Made by a program: the position numbers and the translations under genes. From IMG/VR virus record IMGVR_UViG_2526164596_000006: DNA of 4,469 bases. One strand, written 5' to 3'. The notes under the pieces are model-generated. The model searched no databases, was not told the origin of the DNA, and was given only the letters and a program-made list of their open reading frames with translations. This document shows, piece by piece, positions 1-4,469 of this stretch (position 1 is its first letter; every line of letters begins with the position of its first letter). This DNA is from a virus (taxonomy: Duplodnaviria > Heunggongvirae > Uroviricota > Caudoviricetes).

Positions 1-1571
1 ACGGTCTTCGCTGGTATGGCATCCGCACGGTGGAGCCTCACCATGACGGCACCGTGCACTGGCATATGATGGTCTTTGCTCATCCGGAAGAAATCGACAG
101 CATCGTGGCCATCACCCGCGATATTGCCATTCAGGAAGACCGCCACGAGCTGGGCAATGATATTACTCCGCGCTTTAAGGCGGAGTATGTCGACGGCTCA
201 AAAGGCACACCAACCAGCTATATCGCGACCTACATCGGAAAAAACCTGGACAGCCGGGCCGTGGATGGCATCGACCCGAAAACAGGCAAACCACGCGTTG
301 ACCACGAAACCGGAAAATCAATGGCCGAGAGCGTGGAACGCGCCATCGGCTGGGCGCGCCTTCACCGGGTCCGCCAGTTCCAGTTCTTTGGCATTCCCTC
401 CCGTCAGGTGTGGCGTGAACTCCGCCGCCTTGCCAGCCAGATGGCACGCAGCCCGGAAGGCCCGCAACGGCTGAAGGATGACGCAATGGATGCGGTTCTT
501 GCTGCCGCTGATGCCGGGTGTTTTGCCACCTACATTGAAAAACAGGGTGGCGTACTTGTTCCGCGCAAGGACTACCTGATTCGCACCGCCTACGACCTCG
601 CAGATGAGCTGAACGATTACGGCGAACAGAGCGTACAGATTTACGGGATCTGGTCACCACTCATCGGGGAATCCTCCCGTGTGTGCACGCATCCGGATAA
701 CTGGAAGCTGGTAAGACGTAAACCGGAAGCGGAAGACAGCGCCCGCGAAAATGGTTTTGACCTTCAGGGCGGCCCTGCCGCCCCTTGGACTCGTGGCAAT
801 AACTGTCCCCGTGTACAGGAAACGAACAACAACGGGGCAGAACAGCCGGAAGAACGGCCAGCACCGTGGCCGCAGCTCCCTGATGGCGTTGAAGTGAACG
901 AATGGATGCGCTCACTGAAACGGCACGAACGCCGGGCGCTGATGCGTTCGCTTCATGATAAACAGGCAAAAAACAGCAGTGATGAAATGCAGAGCTGGAC
1001 ACAGAGCCGCAAACAGCAGCGGCCTTTGCCTGATAACCACGAATTACTCGCTAAAGAATGGCGGGAGTCTGCCGAATCTCTCGGCCTGCATATCGGTGAA
1101 CAGCAGATGCAGCACCTGTTACGGGGCGGCAGCCTGTACGTTGACGGCAGCATCATTGCACCGCAGGGATTTGAAATTGTACGCAAACCGGATACCCGAC
1201 CGGACAGCCGGATCACGCAGCTCTGGCAGCGCCTGAGCCGTAACCACGGCGTAAGCAGCACGGAGATCCGCCATAACCCGGTCGCCGGCTATCTGGCACA
1301 GCTGGGGGCATCAGACCACGAAGCCGCCGCACGCCTGGCATCCACACTTCAGCAGGACCAGAACACCATGAAAACCCCCGTTACCGTGCTTTCTGACATG
1401 CTGCGCGCCATCCGTGACGCAGAGCACGCACAGAGAATCAGTGAAACCACTGAACGCGCCCGCCGCAAAGCAGACCTGCTGCGGGGTAGCCTGACCAGTG
1501 GAAACAAAAAACAGACAGAAACGGGATTCACAAAACCCGTAAATGAGCAAAAAACGCGCCGCGATATATGA
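1..1571 (+). CDS. A: Replication initiation endonuclease, P2 gpA family (HUH rolling-circle nickase); 5' end lies outside the window, about 522 C-terminal codons present
   Basis: The frame beginning at nt 3 is open to the window edge; the ORF track's start at 30 is a GTG, so the true start is upstream. Stop is TGA at 1569-1571. The translation has HWH (nt 57-65) followed about 50 residues later by SYIATYIGK, with Tyr codons at 219-221 and 231-233 (Y-x3-Y), the catalytic arrangement of P2/186 A-type nickases. A long hydrophilic C-terminal region follows. Confidence 0.8.
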   Translation, partial: GLRWYGIRTVEPHHDGTVHWHMMVFAHPEEIDSIVAITRDIAIQEDRHELGNDITPRFKAEYVDGSKGTPTSYIATYIGKNLDSRAVDGIDPKTGKPRVDHETGKSMAESVERAIGWARLHRVRQFQFFGIPSRQVWRELRRLASQMARSPEGPQRLKDDAMDAVLAAADAGCFATYIEKQGGVLVPRKDYLIRTAYDLADELNDYGEQSVQIYGIWSPLIGESSRVCTHPDNWKLVRRKPEAEDSARENGFDLQGGPAAPWTRGNNCPRVQETNNNGAEQPEERPAPWPQLPDGVEVNEWMRSLKRHERRALMRSLHDKQAKNSSDEMQSWTQSRKQQRPLPDNHELLAKEWRESAESLGLHIGEQQMQHLLRGGSLYVDGSIIAPQGFEIVRKPDTRPDSRITQLWQRLSRNHGVSSTEIRHNPVAGYLAQLGASDHEAAARLASTLQQDQNTMKTPVTVLSDMLRAIRDAEHAQRISETTERARRKADLLRGSLTSGNKKQTETGFTKPVNEQKTRRDI

Positions 1572-1620
1572 AGCGCGCATAAAACAGGCAAAAACGGGAT
1601 TTAAAAACCCCGTAAACGAT
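1507..1620. repeat. Two ~36-bp imperfect direct repeats, each with an internal inverted repeat (ACGGG-N9/10-CCCGT), with A-tracts spaced about every 10-12 bp; candidate parC-like centromere/operator for the downstream parMR
   Basis: Copy 1 at 1507-1543 (aaaacagacagaaacgggattcacaaaacccgtaaa) and copy 2 at 1581-1616 (aaaacaggcaaaaacgggatttaaaaaccccgtaaa). Copy 1 overlaps the last codons of gene A; copy 2 is intergenic, about 30 bp upstream of the parM start. Position matches where parC sits in type II partition loci. Confidence 0.4.
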
Positions 1621-1647
1621 TAATTAATCAACATAAGGAAAATCGAC

Positions 1648-2607
1648 ATGAAAATTTGTATCGACGACGGCTCCACCAACATCAAGCTGGCATGGACTGA
1701 GAACGGCGAACGCCGCAACGCCATCAGCCCGAACAGCTTCAAATCGGAATGGTCTGCGCCGTTCGGTGGCATGCAGCCCGCAAACTACATGCTTGATGGC
1801 GTGCGCTATGGTTTTGATCCGGTCAGCGATCGATTTGTCCAGACGACCGACACGCAATACCAGTACAGCGATGTGAATGTAATTGCCATTCATCACGCGC
1901 TGGTCAAATCAGGCATCACGCCACAGGAGGTGGATGTGGTTGTCACCCTGCCACTGAGCGAGTATTTCGACACAAACGCACAGCCGGACATGGCCAACAT
2001 CAACCGCAAAAAAGCGAACGTTATGCGCCCGGTGGAGTACCAGAACGGCGAAGCATTCACTATCCGTAACGTGCGGGTTATGCCTGAATCCATTCCGGCT
2101 GGCTTTAAGGCACTGGCTGACATGAGTCCGTTTGAATCCCTGCTGATTGTGGATTTGGGCGGAACCACGCTGGATGTGGCAAAGGTTCAGGGGCAACTGG
2201 CAGGTATCAGCCAGGTGTTTTGCGATCCACACGTAGGCGTTTCTCTGATGGCCGATGCCGTACTGTCGGTGATGGCCACTAACGGTATGCGCACCAGTCA
2301 CCACATCGCCAATACCATTATCGAACATCGCCATGATGAAGCCTGGCTGCGCCAGCACATCCACAATGACGCGCATTACGACAGCCTGATGGCGGTTATT
2401 CGTGAAAAGGAAGAAACACTGAAACAACGAGTGATCCGCGCGCTGGCGGGTTTTTCGGGTTACGGGCGGGTGATGGTTGTCGGTGGCGGGGCGGAGATTG
2501 TGGCACCCGCTATCCGCGAAGCCTGCGGAGTTAATGCGACTTTCATCGCGGACGGGGTGCCACAGTTTGCTCTGGTTAATGGGCTGTACGCAATGGACAA
2601 GGAGTAA
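1648..2607 (+). CDS. parM: ParM/StbA-family actin-like plasmid segregation ATPase (319 aa)
   Basis: ATG at 1648 preceded by AAGGA at 1635-1639. The N-terminus MKICIDDGSTNIKLAW...ISPNSFK...YQYSDVNVIAIHHAL closely parallels R1 ParM as I recall it. All three actin-fold nucleotide-binding motifs are present: IDDGSTNIK (phosphate 1), IVDLGGTTLDV (phosphate 2), MVVGGGAEIV (adenosine). Length matches ParM (~320 aa). Confidence 0.9.
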   Translation: MKICIDDGSTNIKLAWTENGERRNAISPNSFKSEWSAPFGGMQPANYMLDGVRYGFDPVSDRFVQTTDTQYQYSDVNVIAIHHALVKSGITPQEVDVVVTLPLSEYFDTNAQPDMANINRKKANVMRPVEYQNGEAFTIRNVRVMPESIPAGFKALADMSPFESLLIVDLGGTTLDVAKVQGQLAGISQVFCDPHVGVSLMADAVLSVMATNGMRTSHHIANTIIEHRHDEAWLRQHIHNDAHYDSLMAVIREKEETLKQRVIRALAGFSGYGRVMVVGGGAEIVAPAIREACGVNATFIADGVPQFALVNGLYAMDKE

Positions 2608-2611
2608 ACCA

Positions 2612-2923
2612 ATGACGACACCAACCAGACGGATAAGTTTCTATCTGAAGCCCGCCGCCGTCAAGAACGAAGGCGAAGCATGCACCTGGCTGGACAGCCT
2701 TACACCAGAAGCCCGCAAAAGCGGCCAACGTGTGGCTTTTCTGGCCGGGCTGGCACTTCTGAAAATGAATCCGGCAGAGGCTTACCGACTGGCTGCATGG
2801 GCTGACGATGAGGCGTTATCAGTGACACAAACCAGGACAGAACGCCCCGCGTCACAGCCAGTACCAACCTCACAGATAACCAGTCGGATGGCCGGAAATA
2901 TCAGGGCGTTATTTCCCGAATAA
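2612..2923 (+). CDS. parR: ParR/StbB-family centromere-binding adaptor (103 aa)
   Basis: ATG at 2612 sits 4 nt after the parM stop, with AAGGAG at 2599-2604. The ORF track's longer version starting at 2477 overlaps parM and is rejected. RRISFYLKPAAVKNEGEACTWLDSLTPEARKSGQRVAFLAGLALLKMNP parallels R1 ParR (RRTIAFKLNP...LDSIPQGERSRLNRAALTAGLALY, from memory), and the C-terminal IRALFPE matches ParR's LRSLFPKE. Gene order parM then parR is canonical. Confidence 0.8.
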   Translation: MTTPTRRISFYLKPAAVKNEGEACTWLDSLTPEARKSGQRVAFLAGLALLKMNPAEAYRLAAWADDEALSVTQTRTERPASQPVPTSQITSRMAGNIRALFPE

Positions 2924-2928
2924 CACAA

Positions 2929-2952
2929 CATCAGGGCGCATCCGCCCTGATG
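2929..2952 (+). promoter_or_regulatory. Perfect 10-bp-stem hairpin (4-nt loop) between parR and the downstream gene pair; possible attenuator, processing site or operator
   Basis: catcagggcg (2929-2938), loop catc (2939-2942), cgccctgatg (2943-2952). A third copy of the arm, atcagggcg, lies at 2900-2908 inside the last codons of parR, allowing an alternative pairing. The downstream tract is only weakly T-rich (actttaat), so this is not a textbook intrinsic terminator. Confidence 0.4.
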
Positions 2953-2986
2953 ACTTTAATCCGGGAACATAAACAAGGGGGACACA

Positions 2987-3319
2987 ATGCAACACATTGA
3001 CAGAGAAAAAGCGCAGCGACTGATTGAGCGGATGGAAGCGCTGGCGAAAGAAGAAAATGTCAACATCCAAAAAATAGCTGAATGTGGCCAGATAGTTCTT
3101 CGTCGTGAAAAAGACCTCAAACAACTGATGTCTGGCGAAACCAGCAAAACATGGACTTCAGGCGAGGAGACGATTTATTGCAGCTTCTGCAATAAATCTC
3201 AGTACGAAGTCACAAAGGTGATTGCCGGACCGTCTGTTTGCATCTGCAATGAGTGCGTGGATTTGTGCAATGAAATTATCAGGAGAGAAGTGACAGACAA
3301 AAAGGGAAAAAACGCATGA
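2987..3319 (+). CDS. Small protein with a C-terminal ClpX-type C4 zinc-binding domain (110 aa); N-terminal ~60 aa of unknown function
   Basis: ATG at 2987 with a strong SD (AAGGGGG at 2975-2981). Residues [40 protein letters not shown] align almost residue-for-residue with E. coli ClpX N-domain [40 protein letters not shown] (from memory), conserving all four Zn-ligand Cys (CSFC ... CNEC). No AAA+ module follows; the protein ends 15 residues later. Confidence 0.8.
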   Translation: MQHIDREKAQRLIERMEALAKEENVNIQKIAECGQIVLRREKDLKQLMSGETSKTWTSGEETIYCSFCNKSQYEVTKVIAGPSVCICNECVDLCNEIIRREVTDKKGKNA

Positions 3320-3654
3320 ACAGAAAACAAAAACAAGAGTTGAAATACTTTTTACGTAAAGAAATTGCCAGGCTTGAAGATGCAGAATCACAATCATCAG
3401 AAATTCCGTTCGGAATGGATATCAACGACGCCCGTATGCTCCAGGCATACCGCATAGCTCAGGCTGCACTACAGGCAAAACCGTCAGATGGACTGGTTAG
3501 AGCAGTACGATTCTATGAACTGGTAAAGCGTGAGAATCCGCCAGCCGAAACCGGAGCATGGAAAGACGCTGTTGACTGGGTACTCAAAGAGGCTTGTCAG
3601 GTTGTAAACACTGGCATCAAAGGAGACCTAGCCCAGCCTGCATCAAAGCTATAG
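3316..3654 (+). CDS. Hypothetical protein (112 aa), translationally coupled to the ClpX-zinc-finger gene
   Basis: Its ATG (3316-3318) overlaps the upstream TGA (3317-3319) as ATGA; SD-like AGGGAA at 3304-3309. Predicted to be largely helical and charged ([24 protein letters not shown]...). I recognise no domain. Stop is TAG at 3652-3654, followed directly by a terminator. Confidence 0.6.
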   Translation: MNRKQKQELKYFLRKEIARLEDAESQSSEIPFGMDINDARMLQAYRIAQAALQAKPSDGLVRAVRFYELVKRENPPAETGAWKDAVDWVLKEACQVVNTGIKGDLAQPASKL

Positions 3655-3664
3655 AAATGAGCCA

Positions 3665-3692
3665 AAACGCCCTCTTCCAGGGCGTTTATTTC
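3665..3692 (+). terminator. Rho-independent terminator closing the parM-parR-zf-hyp cassette
   Basis: aaacgccct (3665-3673), loop cttcc, agggcgttt (3679-3687), then a T-rich tail (atttc). It starts 10 nt after the gene-4 stop. On the minus strand the hairpin is followed by TTTTGG, so it may act in both directions. Confidence 0.7.
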
Positions 3693-3694
3693 AA

Positions 3695-3721
3695 TGCACA
3701 ATAGTGCACAAATTTGCACAA
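3695..3721. repeat. Three direct TGCACAA heptamers at exact 10-bp phasing (a fourth copy at 3787-3793)
   Basis: TGCACAA at 3695-3701, 3705-3711 and 3715-3721, followed by a T7 tract. Helical phasing suggests a binding site for a multimeric DNA-binding protein, for example in packaging/cos recognition or regulation. Confidence 0.5.
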
Positions 3722-3785
3722 TTTTTTTGAACGACTTTTTGCCCTTCCGGCCCGCGTGGCGGCTGGATCCGTCAGGGATCCGTGC

Positions 3786-3818
3786 GTGCACAAAAAAACG
3801 CGTTTTTTCTGCGCGCAG
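3786..3818. repeat. Cluster of perfect palindromes in the cos-proximal intergenic region
   Basis: gtgcac (3786-3791), a 16-bp perfect palindrome aaaaaacgcgtttttt (3793-3808), and an abutting 10-bp perfect palindrome ctgcgcgcag (3809-3818). Preceded by ggatccgtcagggatcc (3765-3781) and a GC-rich stretch containing gcgtggcgg (3754-3762), which partly resembles the 5' part of the 186/P2 cohesive-end sequence as I recall it. Confidence 0.5.
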
Positions 3819-4092
3819 GTGACGGGGGAACAGCCCGCGTTTCAGGGGGTAAATAGCATTCCCTGAACGATGTCGCAGAGATACAACAGAATGGCTGTAT
3901 TTCTCACGCTGAGCGTGAAAAAGACGTGAGGGCTTTTGATTTGATGGGGTGAAAGGTAAGGCCGTCAAAATCGCACTGAGACGGCGAGAACATGCAGTCA
4001 ACGCGGTGGGATTGCGTAAGAGTCTGACTGTCGATGATGGCAATCAGCAGGAAAGCGTCGTGAAATTATCTGATTGATACAGGAGCTGGAGA

Positions 4093-4121
4093 GCCGGGGC
4101 ATAAATTTTTTATGCCCCGGC
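4093..4121 (-). terminator. GC-rich hairpin about 25 nt downstream of the portal-like gene stop; candidate terminator or packaging-region structure
   Basis: gccggggcat (4093-4102), A/T loop aaatttttt, atgccccggc (4112-4121); the stem can extend to 13 bp. The flanking sequence is not strongly U-rich on either strand, so terminator function is uncertain. Confidence 0.4.
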
Positions 4122-4145
4122 GAAGCAGCAGACAAGCGAAGCGCG

Positions 4146-4469
4146 TCAGGATGTGGGCTGGGTGTCTAACAGTGCGTAAGGGTTAAAGCGGATCACCTTT
4201 TCGCCAAGCCAGTCATTGATGTGCTTCATGGCCTCCATGACGGGCATCAGTTCGTTAATTGCGTAAACCCGCGCGGCCTTCTCCACATCACCAAACGCAC
4301 TTTTTTCGCCCGGCATCGCCCCCATCAGTTGCGGCGGAACGCGGTGCGCAGCCAGCACATCATCACGGGATGCCGCCTTAACATTCATGAACTCATCCTT
4401 TGCGGTGATCTGCTGGAACGGCAAAATTTGCACCCCCTCTTTGCCCCCGTTGGGCGCATGGATGAGCAC
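4146..4469 (-). CDS. Phage portal protein, P2 gpQ-like, C-terminal fragment (N-terminus beyond the window end)
   Basis: The minus-strand frame is open to the window edge (first in-window codon GTG); stop is TGA (plus-strand tca at 4146-4148). AHRVPPQLMG resembles the (F/G)VPPxLLG motif I recall from Phage_portal-family proteins. Convergent orientation and position after the A-distal non-coding region match P2 gene Q. Confidence 0.55.
   Translation of the reverse strand: MLIHAPNGGKEGVQILPFQQITAKDEFMNVKAASRDDVLAAHRVPPQLMGAMPGEKSAFGDVEKAARVYAINELMPVMEAMKHINDWLGEKVIRFNPYALLDTQPTS

Larger units (their letters stand above)
1..4469. mobile_element. Segment of a P2-like phage/prophage: replication gene A 3' part, variable cargo locus, cos-proximal intergenic region, portal gene 3' end
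   Basis: Gene order and orientation (A-type nickase on the + strand, then cargo, then non-coding DNA, then a convergent portal-like gene on the - strand) match the P2 circular map A - tin/old - cos - Q. No integrase or att site is visible in the window. Confidence 0.65.

Noticed and set aside
76-1591. Alternative-frame and antisense ORFs inside gene A (76-474 +, 175-660 -, 661-1002 -, 953-1261 -, 955-1236 +, 1311-1580 -, 1349-1591 -)
   Set aside because: All are fully nested in or antisense to the A-type nickase frame, which carries clear catalytic motifs. Their translations are Arg/Ser/Cys-rich, typical of off-frame reading of GC-rich coding DNA, and none has a credible ribosome-binding site.
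1624-2427. Antisense ORFs within parM (1624-1896 -, 1893-2168 -, 1909-2427 -)
   Set aside because: They are antisense to a strongly supported ParM coding sequence, with no motif or domain resemblance.
2477-2611. Extended 148-aa version of the parR ORF starting at 2477
   Set aside because: The extension overlaps the 3' end of parM in another frame and has no SD. The ATG at 2612 has a consensus AAGGAG SD and gives a protein of canonical ParR length whose N-terminus aligns with known ParR.
2909-3397. Antisense ORFs 2909-3124 -, 2956-3147 -, 3158-3397 - opposite the zinc-finger/hypothetical pair
   Set aside because: They are antisense to genes with good SDs and a recognisable domain. Their translations are low-complexity (Phe/Ser/Cys-rich) from reading A/T-rich DNA backwards.
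3754-3762. Partial match (gcgtggcgg) to the 5' part of the 186/P2 19-nt cohesive-end sequence
   Set aside because: Only about 9 nt agree with the sequence as I recall it and the remainder diverges. Kept as a pointer in the cos finding but not annotated as cos.
3903-3945. Possible hairpin (ctcacg ... cgtgag) followed by a T-rich tract (ggcttttgatttg); candidate terminator or small RNA 3' end
   Set aside because: The stem is short (6 bp) with a long loop and competing alternative pairings, and there is no obvious promoter or gene for it to terminate. Not enough to call without transcript data.
3597-4043. 148-aa minus-strand ORF spanning the intergenic region
   Set aside because: It runs straight through the cassette terminator hairpin and the palindrome cluster and overlaps the end of gene 4. 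It has no RBS and a biased Arg/Ser/His composition. Most likely a chance open frame in non-coding DNA.
1-4469. CRISPR array, tRNA/rRNA genes, IS elements or transposases, integrase/att site
   Set aside because: No regularly spaced repeat-spacer array, no cloverleaf-like tRNA candidates, and no transposase- or integrase-like ORF found. The repeats present are short and irregular and are explained as operator or packaging elements.
1-4469. Interpretation of the whole window as a plasmid fragment rather than a phage
   Set aside because: ParMR would fit a plasmid, but the A-type HUH nickase, the convergent portal-like gene with the VPPxLMG motif, and the A/cargo/cos/Q arrangement fit a P2-like phage better. 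It remains an explicit alternative if the portal call fails.

Overview
The window reads as the circular junction of a P2-like (Peduovirus-type) temperate phage or prophage. It starts inside a P2 gpA-family rolling-circle replication nickase (5' truncated) and ends with the 3' part of a convergent portal-like gene on the minus strand (runs off the window). Between them lies a same-strand four-gene cassette closed by a strong terminator, then about 490 bp of non-coding DNA rich in repeats and palindromes where cos would be expected. The cassette is a complete type II partition pair (ParM actin-like ATPase plus ParR, with repeat elements upstream), followed by two small translationally coupled genes. 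The first of these is a 110-aa protein whose C-terminal half closely resembles the ClpX N-terminal C4 zinc-binding domain; the second is a 112-aa protein with no recognisable domain. This cassette sits where P2 itself carries tin/old. The most interesting candidate for an undescribed system is the ClpX-zinc-finger/partner pair, alone or together with ParMR. All homology calls are from reading the translations; no database search was run.
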